DNA of 64,000 bases from an uncultured Eubacterium sp. (GTDB lineage: Bacteria; Bacillota; Clostridia; Lachnospirales; Lachnospiraceae). Where the stretch lies: NCBI GenBank assembly GCA_910577225.1, contig CAJTMV010000004.1, forward strand, positions 103,005 through 167,004, in the 5' to 3' direction. The notes beneath the pieces are model-generated. The model saw only the letters and a program-made list of their open reading frames with translations, made no database searches and had not been told where the DNA came from. The position numbers were made by a program, and so were the translations under genes. Position 1 is the first letter of the stretch. The number at the start of each line of letters is the position of its first letter. Below, piece after piece: positions 36,091 through 45,994 of this stretch.

Positions 36091-37119
36091 TTATTCATCT
36101 GTCGTTTCCCGTCGAATGAAAACCGGCGTGATATTTTTATGGATCAGCGTAGTCTGCGGTTTTGGTCTGCGTTTTTTTCGTTCTTCCATAAGCGTAACGA
36201 GTAACGACATTGCTTCATAGGCGATCCGGTCGATCTGCTGACCGATGGTGCTGATCGGCAGGATTGCCTGGCTGGAAGCAGGAGAATCATCAAATCCGAT
36301 CAGGCGGTACGTATTCGGCAGCGTACCGTATTCCCGAAAGATAATATTTAACATACTGTTCGCATGCGTGTCGTTAGACAGAAACAGGCCTTTTTTCTGG
36401 CAGGGATACTTTTTTTTGACATATTCATAAATTTGCTGCATGCACTTATGAATTTCCTGATGCGAATGTCCCAAATCTCTTAAAATAATCTCATGCGGAA
36501 TCTGATGCTCCTGACAGGTATCCAAAAATCCCTGAATACGCCCATAGGAAGGAACATTTTTAGCCACTTCTGAGTTGATATGCACCAATACGTCGCAGTT
36601 ATTTTTGATTAAAAGGCTTGTTCCCTGTACGGCGCCCATATAGTTATCCGTGTTGATACTGTTGATATATTCGTCTTCCCGTTCGATGCCGACGACCGGA
36701 ATGCCAAGATCCGCCAGCTCTCTGGAGGGAATGGTGTGGCTTAGGATAATCATGCCTTCGATCCGATAGGCAAGCAGCTCGTTCAGATATTTCCGCTCGG
36801 CTTCTTCTCCGTTTTTGCTCGTAAAGATTAAAAATTTGTAGCCAAATTCCTCATATGTATTTAAAATCTGATTTAACATCTCCGCATAGTAATGCAGATA
36901 TAAATTCGGCACGATAATGCCGACAAATTCGCTCTTTCCGTTTGCAAATACTTTTGCGAGCTTATTCTCCTGATAGTTTAAATCGGCCAGCGCTCTGGCA
37001 ATAATTTCCTGATTCTCTACCGTAAGAGAGTCCGGCTGATTAAAGTATCGGGATATGGTAGTTTTCGAAAAATTGGTATATTTTGCAATGTCCGCAAACG
37101 TGATCTTTTTCTTATCCAT
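36091..37119 (-). CDS. LacI-family repressor (ScrR-like by context)
   Basis: HTH TFADIAKYTNFSKTTISR. It is divergent from the sucrose PTS/GH32 operon. Confidence 0.85.
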   Translation of the reverse strand: MDKKKITFADIAKYTNFSKTTISRYFNQPDSLTVENQEIIARALADLNYQENKLAKVFANGKSEFVGIIVPNLYLHYYAEMLNQILNTYEEFGYKFLIFTSKNGEEAERKYLNELLAYRIEGMIILSHTIPSRELADLGIPVVGIEREDEYINSINTDNYMGAVQGTSLLIKNNCDVLVHINSEVAKNVPSYGRIQGFLDTCQEHQIPHEIILRDLGHSHQEIHKCMQQIYEYVKKKYPCQKKGLFLSNDTHANSMLNIIFREYGTLPNTYRLIGFDDSPASSQAILPISTIGQQIDRIAYEAMSLLVTLMEERKKRRPKPQTTLIHKNITPVFIRRETTDE

Positions 37120-37206
37120 GCAAATACCTCCGGATCTGATAAAATGTTTTTCTGAACGGTATTATAGCAAGGATAGAGAGAAAAAGCAACGATAAAATAA
37201 CCAGTA

Positions 37207-37220
37207 AAGTAACCGGTTAT
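37207..37220. promoter_or_regulatory. Candidate LacI-type operator half-copy near the repressor gene
   Basis: AAGTAACCGGTTAT matches 13 of the first 14 positions of the 16-bp palindrome at 37288. Confidence 0.4.
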
Positions 37221-37248
37221 TTTTTTGAGTTTTTCATAGAGAAAACTA

Positions 37249-37277
37249 TTGACAATGCCATGGATCAATGATAAAAT
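37249..37277 (+). promoter_or_regulatory. Promoter of the MBL-scrA-scrB operon
   Basis: TTGACA, a 17-nt spacer, then TAAAAT with an extended TG (tgaTAAAAT). Confidence 0.45.
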
Positions 37278-37287
37278 AAGCACTATA

Positions 37288-37303
37288 AAGTAACCGGTTA
37301 CTT
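37288..37303. promoter_or_regulatory. Perfect 16-bp palindromic operator
   Basis: AAGTAACCGGTTACTT lies immediately downstream of the -10 element. It is followed by TAACTGGTAACTTAACTGGTTA half-site-like repeats. Confidence 0.5.
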
Positions 37304-37448
37304 AACTGGTAACTTAACTGGTTATTTTAAAGAATTTCCAGGTGTTGCGAAAATAAAAAACAGGCAACCCGACAGCGGCAGTCCGGGAATGAACCGCCCG
37401 GAATCAATGACTGCCTGCCGCAGGTATCCTGTGGGAAAGGAGGACGTT

Positions 37449-38303
37449 ATGAAAATACAATATTTAGGCACGGCAGCAGCGGAGGGCTGGCCGGCATTGT
37501 TCTGCAGCTGCGAGATCTGTAAGAGGGCGCGAAAGCTGGGAGGAAAAGAGCTTCGTACGAGAACGCAGGCGCTTTTGGATGAAACGATTCTGATCGATTT
37601 TCCTCCGGATACGTATACGCATGCGCTGCAGTATTCTCTGCAGCTTGGGCAGATACAGCATCTTCTCATTACCCATTCGCATATGGATCATTTTTTTCCG
37701 ACCGATCTGATTCACCGGCATGAACATTTCGGGCATGGCGCAAATGGAATACTGCATGTATACGGCAATGAAGCGGTGGAAAAAGCGTTTTACGATGCGG
37801 TGCTGATCGACCGGTTTTTGGCGCATCCGCTGGATGATGCGGTCCGTTTTGTAAAAGTGACGCCATTTTGTGATTTTATGGCGGGTGATTATCATATCAT
37901 TCCGGTCGCGGCAGATCATGATCCAAGAGAAGCCTGTCTGATTTACATCATCGAAAAAGATGGAACGTGTATGCTGTATGGACATGATACAGGTATGAAT
38001 CTTAGCGCGCAGGCGTGGGACTGCATTTGCAGCCGCAGGTACGATCTGATATCGCTGGACGCAACGATGGGGAAAAAGCAGATTCCGGGTTATCATATGG
38101 GACTTGCGGACGATGTAGCGTTCGTCAGACGGCTAAGCGAGCATGGCTGTATCGATCAGAATACAGTCAGGGTTATCAGTCATTTTTCACATAACGGTGA
38201 AATGACTCATGAGCAGCTGGAGACATTTGCAAAAGAACACGGGATGACAGCTGCATACGACGGAATGACAGTAACATTTAAAACAGCATGCAAAGGGAGG
38301 TAA
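37449..38303 (+). CDS. MBL-fold metallo-hydrolase
   Basis: The ITHSHMDHF (HxHxDH) motif with later H and D ligands. The ATG follows GGAAAGGAGG. Confidence 0.65.
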   Translation: MKIQYLGTAAAEGWPALFCSCEICKRARKLGGKELRTRTQALLDETILIDFPPDTYTHALQYSLQLGQIQHLLITHSHMDHFFPTDLIHRHEHFGHGANGILHVYGNEAVEKAFYDAVLIDRFLAHPLDDAVRFVKVTPFCDFMAGDYHIIPVAADHDPREACLIYIIEKDGTCMLYGHDTGMNLSAQAWDCICSRRYDLISLDATMGKKQIPGYHMGLADDVAFVRRLSEHGCIDQNTVRVISHFSHNGEMTHEQLETFAKEHGMTAAYDGMTVTFKTACKGR

Positions 38304-38305
38304 TT

Positions 38306-40198
38306 ATGGATTATCGAAAAGTCGCAGAGCAAATCTATGACAAAGTAGGAAAAAAAGAAAACTTAATCTCCGCCGCACATTGCGCGACGCGGCTTCGCCT
38401 TGTGATCGCGGACAACGACAAATGCGACAGTAAAGCCGTTGAAGAAATCGACGGCGTCAAGGGCGTATTTTTCGCTTCCGGTCAGCTTCAGATTATTCTT
38501 GGAACCGGAACCGTCAACAAAGTATATGATGAATTTCTAAAAGTGTCCGGTCTTTCCGCGGCTACAAAAGCAGACGTAAAGCAGGCCGCTGCAGCGCAGC
38601 AGAATATTTTCAAAAGAGCGATTAAAACACTGGGCGATATCTTTGTGCCGATCATACCGGCTATCGTCGCCAGCGGATTTTTAATGGGCATTATGGAAGC
38701 GCTGAACTTTATGGTAAATAACGGGTTTTTAACCCTGAACACCGAGGGTTCTCTGTTTGTATTCGCAAAATTATTCAGTAATGTGGCATATACGTTTCTG
38801 CCGATTTTAATTGCGACAAGCGCTGCGAAGGCATTTGGCGGCAATCCTTATCTCGGCGCAGTTATCGGTATGCTGATGATTCATCCGGATCTGCAAAATG
38901 CATGGACGGTTGCGACCGAAGGTGTAAACGTCCGTCAGAGCGTCTGGTTTGGATTGTACGAAATCGATCTGATCGGTTACCAGGGACATGTGATTCCGGT
39001 CATCATTGCAGTGTGGGTGATGTGTCTGATCGAAAAGAAGCTGCACAAAATAGTGCCGGAAATGTTCGATCTGTTTGTTACGCCTCTGGTAAGCGTATTT
39101 GCAACCGGTTATCTGACCTATTCCGTCATCGGTCCGGTCTTTGTAATTATTGAAAATGGAATTATCAGCGGTATTCAGTGGCTGATCGCGCTTCCGCTTG
39201 GCATCGGCAGTTTCGTTATGGGCGCGCTCTATGCGCCGACAGTTGTGGCCGGCGTCCATCATATGTATACGATTATCGATGTGGGTCAGCTTGCCAAATA
39301 TGGCGTTACATACTGGCTGCCTCTGGCATCTGCTGCGAACCTCGCGCAGGGGGCGGCGACGCTTGCGGTTGCTTTAAAGACAAAAAATACAAAAATAAAA
39401 TCCATGGCGCTTCCGTCTGCGTTTAGCGCGTTTATGGGTATTACAGAACCGGCAATATTCGGTGTAAACATGCGATTTTTTAAGCCGTTTGTCTGCGGCT
39501 GTGCCGGAGGCGCCTGCGGCGCGCTGTTTGCGTCCATCGCCCGCCTCGGCGCCAGCGGAACCGGCGTTACCGGACTGTTTGGCGTACTGTTATGTCTGAG
39601 TATGCCGCTGCAGTATATCCTGATGATGGCCATTTCAATCGGAGTTTCTTTTACGCTGACCTGGGTATTTGGCTACAAAGACGAAGCGCAGCCGGCTCCG
39701 TCGGCAGAACCTGCCGCGGATAAAAATGACGAAGCAAATGATGAAAAAGCAATCTATGCCCCGATACAGGGGAATGTCATACCAAGAGACCAGATTCCGG
39801 ACGAAACGTTTGCATCCGGCGTGCTGGGCGACGGCGTCGGCATAGAGCCGGAGCTTGGAATCGTCCTCGCACCGTTTGACGGCGAGATATCTTCTCTGGC
39901 AGAAACAAAGCATGCCGTCGGTATCAGCGGTCCCAGCGGGATGGAAGTGCTGATACATGTCGGGGTGGATACTGTAAAAATGAAGGGCGACGGATTTACG
40001 CTGTTTGTAAGTGAAGGCGAAAAAGTCCGGGCCGGACAAAAACTCATGACGTTTGACATGGAAAAAATCCGTGCGAACGGGTATCCTGCGACTTCAGCCG
40101 TATTGCTGACCAATAGCGACGATTATTCGTCCTGTCGGATATTAAAAACAGGTATGACAAAGCAGATGGAGAAAATCGTTACAATCGGCGATGAGTAA
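38306..40198 (+). CDS. scrA: PTS sucrose/beta-glucoside-family transporter EIIBCA
   Basis: EIIB HCATRLRL, a polytopic IIC, and a C-terminal EIIA (LIHVGVDTVKMKG). It is followed by a GH32 hydrolase. Confidence 0.8.
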   Translation: MDYRKVAEQIYDKVGKKENLISAAHCATRLRLVIADNDKCDSKAVEEIDGVKGVFFASGQLQIILGTGTVNKVYDEFLKVSGLSAATKADVKQAAAAQQNIFKRAIKTLGDIFVPIIPAIVASGFLMGIMEALNFMVNNGFLTLNTEGSLFVFAKLFSNVAYTFLPILIATSAAKAFGGNPYLGAVIGMLMIHPDLQNAWTVATEGVNVRQSVWFGLYEIDLIGYQGHVIPVIIAVWVMCLIEKKLHKIVPEMFDLFVTPLVSVFATGYLTYSVIGPVFVIIENGIISGIQWLIALPLGIGSFVMGALYAPTVVAGVHHMYTIIDVGQLAKYGVTYWLPLASAANLAQGAATLAVALKTKNTKIKSMALPSAFSAFMGITEPAIFGVNMRFFKPFVCGCAGGACGALFASIARLGASGTGVTGLFGVLLCLSMPLQYILMMAISIGVSFTLTWVFGYKDEAQPAPSAEPAADKNDEANDEKAIYAPIQGNVIPRDQIPDETFASGVLGDGVGIEPELGIVLAPFDGEISSLAETKHAVGISGPSGMEVLIHVGVDTVKMKGDGFTLFVSEGEKVRAGQKLMTFDMEKIRANGYPATSAVLLTNSDDYSSCRILKTGMTKQMEKIVTIGDE

Positions 40199-40234
40199 TC
40201 AGCGATACTGTGTAAAGCAGGAAAGGAAACAGCT

Positions 40235-41722
40235 ATGACAAGTCAGACCTTACGGGAAGCGCGCAAATATGAAGAGGCTTCCGAAAAGTTAATCAAACCG
40301 GAAGAACGACCGGATTTTCATCTGGCTGCCCGGACAGGCTGGATGAACGATCCCAACGGCTTTTCCCTGTATCAGGGACAATACCATATGTTTTATCAGT
40401 ACCATCCATACGATTCCCACTGGGGACCGATGCACTGGGGACATGCGGTCAGCAAAGACCTGCTGCACTGGGAATATCTTCCGGCGGCGCTCGCTCCGGA
40501 CGAATGGTACGATAAGGACGGATGTTTTTCCGGCAGCGCGATAACGCTCGCAGACGGCCGGCATTTGCTGATGTATACCGGAGTCGTGAAAGAACGGCAG
40601 AAAAACGGGGAGATGATGGAAGTCCAGACCCAGTGCCTTGCGGTCGGAGACGGCGTCGATTACGAAAAATATGAAAAGAATCCGGTACTGAATGAACAGA
40701 ATCTGCCGGAAGGATTCAGCCGGTTTGATTTTCGTGATCCCAAAATCTGGCAGAAAGCGGACGGTTCGTACTGCTGTATCATCGGCAACCGGCCGGCGGA
40801 CGGCAGCGGACAGATCTTATTGTTTACGAGTCCGGACGGATTTCAGTGGAATTATAAAAAAGTGCTGTGTACAAACAACCACCGTTTCGGGCTGATGTGG
40901 GAATGTCCGGACTTCTTCGCGCTGGACGGCAAACAGGTGCTTTTAACAAGTCCGCAGGATATGATGCCGCAGGGATTCGAATATCATAATGGAAACGGTA
41001 CGTTATGTCTGATCGGAACCTATGAAGAACAGACCGATACGTTTACAGAAGAATGCAGTCAGTCGATCGATTACGGCATCGATTTTTATGCGCCGCAGAC
41101 AGTCCTTTCGCCGGACGGCAGACGAATTATGATCGGCTGGATGCAAAACTGGGATACCTGCGGACTGCGTACGTCAGAGCATCCGCTCTGGTACGGACAG
41201 ATGAGCCTGCCAAGGGAACTGCATATAAAAAACAACCGACTGTATCAGCTGCCGGTAAAGGAACTGGAACAGCTGCGCGGCAGACAGACGGCCTATCAGA
41301 ACGTTCCGGTTGCCGGATTTGTGAATCTGGAAGGAATACGGGGACGCAGGACGGATCTTGAGATTCAGATAAGGCCTGCGCAGGGACAACGGCTGTATCG
41401 AAAGTTCGCGGTCCGATTCGCACAAAATGAGAAGTATTATACTTCCCTGAGTTTCCGGCCTGAAGAGTCTGTGTTAAAAATAGACCGTAAATTTTCCGGC
41501 TCCCGGCGTGCGATTATTCATCAGCGCCGCAGCCTTGTAAATCATACAAACGGATGCCTGAAGCTGCGTCTGATTCTGGACCGGTACAGCGTGGAGGTAT
41601 TCGTAAACGACGGAGAACAGGTATTGACGGCAACGATGTATACCAGTCAGGAGGCGGACGGTATTTCATTTTTCGCAGACGGGGCGGTAAGCATGGACGT
41701 CGTGAAGTATGATTTGGGATAA
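40235..41722 (+). CDS. scrB: Sucrose-6-phosphate hydrolase (GH32)
   Basis: WMNDPNG, FRDPK and WECPD catalytic motifs. Confidence 0.9.
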   Translation: MTSQTLREARKYEEASEKLIKPEERPDFHLAARTGWMNDPNGFSLYQGQYHMFYQYHPYDSHWGPMHWGHAVSKDLLHWEYLPAALAPDEWYDKDGCFSGSAITLADGRHLLMYTGVVKERQKNGEMMEVQTQCLAVGDGVDYEKYEKNPVLNEQNLPEGFSRFDFRDPKIWQKADGSYCCIIGNRPADGSGQILLFTSPDGFQWNYKKVLCTNNHRFGLMWECPDFFALDGKQVLLTSPQDMMPQGFEYHNGNGTLCLIGTYEEQTDTFTEECSQSIDYGIDFYAPQTVLSPDGRRIMIGWMQNWDTCGLRTSEHPLWYGQMSLPRELHIKNNRLYQLPVKELEQLRGRQTAYQNVPVAGFVNLEGIRGRRTDLEIQIRPAQGQRLYRKFAVRFAQNEKYYTSLSFRPEESVLKIDRKFSGSRRAIIHQRRSLVNHTNGCLKLRLILDRYSVEVFVNDGEQVLTATMYTSQEADGISFFADGAVSMDVVKYDLG

Positions 41723-41777
41723 TTGCCGGCTCCAGACACAGAAACGTATCCCTGCAGGCTTTTCAACCGCTGCAGGC

Positions 41778-41828
41778 AGCCCGGAACAGACAGTTTACAC
41801 CGCCTGTTCCGGGCTGTCTGTTTCTTTT
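41778..41828 (+). terminator. Intrinsic terminator after scrB
   Basis: 12-bp stem agcccggaacag / ctgttccgggct followed by gtctgTTTCTTTT. Confidence 0.65.
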
Positions 41829-41853
41829 GCAAAATCAACAGTCAGTCTTACCG

Positions 41854-43053
41854 TCAGCAGCTTTGAACAGCCATCCGGTAAATCTGCAGCATATCTTTTT
41901 CTTCCAGCTTTTTCGCAGAACCTTTCACACCTCCGGCCGCCACGCTGCACATATGCGCCATTGTCTGCAGCTGTTCGTCGGTCGGCGAGATCCCAAGCTC
42001 CGTAAGACTTGTCGGCATCTGGATACTGCGGTAAAAATCCTCCATCGCCTCGATGCCTTTTAATGCAACGGCATCTTTGGCATCCGTATCGGTTCCGGCG
42101 TCCACAACGCCCATTACCTGCACCGCAAACCGGTAAAATCTGTCCAGACAGTCCCTTCTTACATATCTTGCCCAGCTGCCCCAGATCGCCGCCAGACCCG
42201 CGCCATGCGCAACGTCGAACATACCGCCGATTTCATGCTCCAGCCCGTGTGTGGCAAAATCTCCGCCATCGCTGCCGCATCCGGTCAGTCCGTTATGCGA
42301 CAGACTTCCGGCCCACATCACCTCGGCCCTCGAATCATAATTATCCGGATCATCCCTTAGTATCCGCGCATGTTTCATCACCGTGCGCATCAGCCCTTCG
42401 GCAAGCACATCCGTCAGCTCCATATTTCCGCCGTTTGTAAAATAACGCTCCATCGTATGCATTAAAATATCCGTACATCCGCAGGCCGTCTGATACGCCG
42501 GCAGCGTCATCGTAAGCTCCGGATTCATCACTGCAAAGACAGGCCTGCACACATCGTGATTGTATCCGCGCTTTACCATTCCCTGATCCTTCGTAATGAC
42601 GCTGCTGTTGCTCATTTCACTTCCGGATGCGGCGATCGTAAGCACGACTCCGATCGGAAGACACGCGTCTGCCTGTCTCGTATGTTCGTAAAAATCCCAC
42701 ACATCGCCCGCATTGGTCATTCCATAACCAATCGCTTTTGACGAGTCGATGACGCTCCCGCCGCCCACTGCGAGAATAAAATCCACCTGCTCTTTTTTAC
42801 AAAGATCGATCCCCTCATAGACAAGCGACAGCCGCGGATTTGGAACAACGCCGCCAAGCATGACATAAGAAATTCCTTTCTCATCCAGCGCTTCCTGTAT
42901 CCGCTTTAGCAAACCGGAACGAATCACACTGCCGCTGCCGTAATGAATCAGAACCTTCTTACAGCCGGTCTTTTGCACGAGTTCGCCGACCCTGCCTTCG
43001 GTATGTCTGCCGAAAATCACGCTGGTAGGCGTATAATATTGAAATGAAAACAT
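41854..43053 (-). CDS. Iron-containing alcohol dehydrogenase (butanol dehydrogenase-like)
   Basis: GGGSVIDSSKA and the Fe-ADH histidine-rich region (HGLEHEIG...HGAGLA). Confidence 0.85.
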   Translation of the reverse strand: MFSFQYYTPTSVIFGRHTEGRVGELVQKTGCKKVLIHYGSGSVIRSGLLKRIQEALDEKGISYVMLGGVVPNPRLSLVYEGIDLCKKEQVDFILAVGGGSVIDSSKAIGYGMTNAGDVWDFYEHTRQADACLPIGVVLTIAASGSEMSNSSVITKDQGMVKRGYNHDVCRPVFAVMNPELTMTLPAYQTACGCTDILMHTMERYFTNGGNMELTDVLAEGLMRTVMKHARILRDDPDNYDSRAEVMWAGSLSHNGLTGCGSDGGDFATHGLEHEIGGMFDVAHGAGLAAIWGSWARYVRRDCLDRFYRFAVQVMGVVDAGTDTDAKDAVALKGIEAMEDFYRSIQMPTSLTELGISPTDEQLQTMAHMCSVAAGGVKGSAKKLEEKDMLQIYRMAVQSC

Positions 43054-43308
43054 AATGATAACTCCTTTCAGACACGCGCTAAAATCATTGCATGTTATTT
43101 AGGTAACAGTATAAGCAATCTTTTCACAAGTTGCAAGATTTCCGATTGTTTTTTTATTCCACTTATACTATAATACGTTTATTGTCAGCAGACCAGACAA
43201 CAAACCGCGATTGTTCTTCGTCTCGACGCCGGTATTTTAACGGCTTTGAACGCTGAACAATACCACCGCAAAGGATAAATTAATGAAAGATAGTGAGGTT
43301 TCAAACCG

Positions 43309-45972
43309 ATGGCAGAAATCAAAACAGAAGCAACGCCGATGATGCGGCAGTATCTGGAGATCAAGGAAGATTACAAGGACTGCATTTTATTTTATCGACT
43401 GGGCGATTTTTACGAAATGTTTTATGACGATGCAGTCAAAGCGTCCAAAGAACTGGAGCTGACGCTGACAGGTAAAAACTGCGGTCTGGAAGAACGGGCG
43501 CCGATGTGCGGCGTGCCTTATCATTCGGTAGAAGGTTACCTGAACAAGCTCGTAGAAAAAGGATATAAAGTCGCCATCTGTGAACAGGTCGAAGATCCAA
43601 AGCATGCAAGGGGGATCGTCCATCGTGAAGTGATCCGCATCGTAACGCCGGGGACGAATACAAATATGCAGGCGCTGGATGAGTCCAAAAACAATTACAT
43701 CATGTCGATTGTTTATTTAAACGGCTATTACGGGCTTTCCATCGCGGACGTGACAACCGGCGATTATTATGTGACGCAGGTAGAATCGGATCAGAAGCTG
43801 TGTGATGAGATTAATAAATTCACACCTTCGGAGATTGTCTGCAACGAGGCTTTTTATATGAGCGGCACCGATATCGAGGAAATCTGTACGCGGTTAAATA
43901 TCAGCATATCCGCGCTGGACGCATGGTATTTTTCAGATGAAACGGCCACGTCCACGCTGCTTTCGCATTTTGGGGTTAACAGTGTGGAAGGACTCGGTCT
44001 AAAAGATTATCCGTACGGCACGACGGCAGCGGGCGCTTTATTAAAATATCTGTACGAAACACAAAAAAACGAAATGGAACATATGTCGTCCATTCATCCC
44101 TACACAACCGGTATGTTTATGGTGATCGACAGCTCGACCAGGCGCAATCTGGAACTCGTAGAAACGATACGGGAAAAGCAAAAAAGAGGTTCCCTGCTTT
44201 GGGTGCTGGATAAGACAAAAACGGCGATGGGCGCCCGGACGCTGCGCTCTTATGTCGAACAGCCGTTAATCTGCAGGGAAAAGATCGAAAGCCGTTACGA
44301 TGCCATCGGGGAACTGAACGATCATCTGATCGACCGCGAAGAGCTGCGCGAATATCTGCGGCCGATTCACGATCTTGAAAGACTCATTACGCGCGTTACC
44401 TATCAGACCGCAAATCCGAGAGATCTGCTGGCGCTGAGCAGTTCCATAAAAATGATTGCGCCGTTAAAAAGAATACTGACAGAATTTCAAAGTCCGCTGC
44501 TTGTGCAGACGCAGGAAGAAATGGATGCGCTTTCCGATATCGCAAAGCTGATCGACGATTCGATCGAAGAAGAGGCCCCGATTTCCGTACGGGAAGGCGG
44601 TATTATTAAAAACGGATATAAAGAAGATATCGACAAGCTGCGGGAAGCCCGTACCAACGGCAAGACCTGGCTGGCGGATATTGAAAAAAAAGAACGGGAA
44701 GAAACCGGCATTAAAAATCTAAAAATCAAACACAATAAAGTGTTCGGCTATTATCTGGAAGTAACCAATTCCTATAAAAATCTTGTGCCGGATTATTATG
44801 TACGCAGACAGACATTAGCCAATGCCGAGCGTTATATTACCCCAAAGCTCAAAGAACTGGAAGATATGATTCTGGGCGCGGAAGATAAGCTGGTCGTACT
44901 GGAGTACAATTATTTTTGCGAAATACGCAAAGCCATTGCAGACCAGGTCGTGCGTATTCAGCAGACCGCCAAAGCGGTCGCCGTATTAGACGTACTCGTA
45001 TCGCTTGCCGTTGTGGCGGAAGAAAATCACTACTGCCGTCCGAATATCAATGAGCAGGGTGTGATCGATATCCGGGAAGGAAGACATCCGGTCGTGGAAA
45101 AAATGATCAGTCACGATATGTTTATTACAAACGATACGTATCTGGACAATGCAGACAGCCGCATTTCGATCATCACAGGCCCCAATATGGCCGGAAAATC
45201 GACCTATATGCGGCAGACGGCGCTGATTGTCATGATGGCGCAGATGGGCAGCTATGTGCCTGCAAAGTATGCGGATATCGGACTGGCGGACCGCGTGTTT
45301 ACAAGAGTCGGCGCCTCTGACGACCTGGCAGGCGGACAGAGTACTTTTATGGTAGAAATGAACGAGGTCGCCAATATTTTACGAAATGCAACCGATAAAA
45401 GCCTGCTGATCCTGGATGAGATCGGGCGTGGGACAAGTACGTTTGACGGCTTAAGCATCGCCTGGGCGGTCGTCGAGCATATTTCCAGTCCGAAGCTGCC
45501 CGGCGCAAAGACACTGTTTGCGACGCATTACCATGAACTGACCGAGCTGGAAGGCAAGCTGGATAACGTAAATAATTACTGCATCGCGGTAAAAGAAAAA
45601 GGAGACGATATTGTTTTTCTGCGTAAAATCGTAAAAGGCGGCGCAGATAAAAGCTACGGCATCCAGGTCGCCAAACTTGCCGGCGTGCCGGACAGCGTCA
45701 TTGCGCGTGCAAAAGAAATCGTGGAAGAGTTAAGCGCCAACGATATTACTGAAATCGCCAGACATCTGACCGTAAAAAAATCGTCGGCCAGACAAAAAAA
45801 GCAGACAGCGCAAAAAGATACGCTGGACATGGAACAGATCTCCCTGTTTGATACCGTTAAGGACGATATGATTATCGAAGAATTAAAAAATCTTGATATC
45901 AGCTCGCTGACGCCGCTGGACGCGCTGAATAAGCTAAACGAGCTGCAGAATAAAGTGAAAAACCGCTGGTAA
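43309..45972 (+). CDS. mutS: DNA mismatch repair protein MutS
   Basis: TPMMRQYLEIK, GPNMAGKSTYMRQ and DEIGRGTSTFDG motifs. Confidence 0.95.
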   Translation: MAEIKTEATPMMRQYLEIKEDYKDCILFYRLGDFYEMFYDDAVKASKELELTLTGKNCGLEERAPMCGVPYHSVEGYLNKLVEKGYKVAICEQVEDPKHARGIVHREVIRIVTPGTNTNMQALDESKNNYIMSIVYLNGYYGLSIADVTTGDYYVTQVESDQKLCDEINKFTPSEIVCNEAFYMSGTDIEEICTRLNISISALDAWYFSDETATSTLLSHFGVNSVEGLGLKDYPYGTTAAGALLKYLYETQKNEMEHMSSIHPYTTGMFMVIDSSTRRNLELVETIREKQKRGSLLWVLDKTKTAMGARTLRSYVEQPLICREKIESRYDAIGELNDHLIDREELREYLRPIHDLERLITRVTYQTANPRDLLALSSSIKMIAPLKRILTEFQSPLLVQTQEEMDALSDIAKLIDDSIEEEAPISVREGGIIKNGYKEDIDKLREARTNGKTWLADIEKKEREETGIKNLKIKHNKVFGYYLEVTNSYKNLVPDYYVRRQTLANAERYITPKLKELEDMILGAEDKLVVLEYNYFCEIRKAIADQVVRIQQTAKAVAVLDVLVSLAVVAEENHYCRPNINEQGVIDIREGRHPVVEKMISHDMFITNDTYLDNADSRISIITGPNMAGKSTYMRQTALIVMMAQMGSYVPAKYADIGLADRVFTRVGASDDLAGGQSTFMVEMNEVANILRNATDKSLLILDEIGRGTSTFDGLSIAWAVVEHISSPKLPGAKTLFATHYHELTELEGKLDNVNNYCIAVKEKGDDIVFLRKIVKGGADKSYGIQVAKLAGVPDSVIARAKEIVEELSANDITEIARHLTVKKSSARQKKQTAQKDTLDMEQISLFDTVKDDMIIEELKNLDISSLTPLDALNKLNELQNKVKNRW

Positions 45973-45994
45973 TTTGCGATGCAGGAGGAAATTT

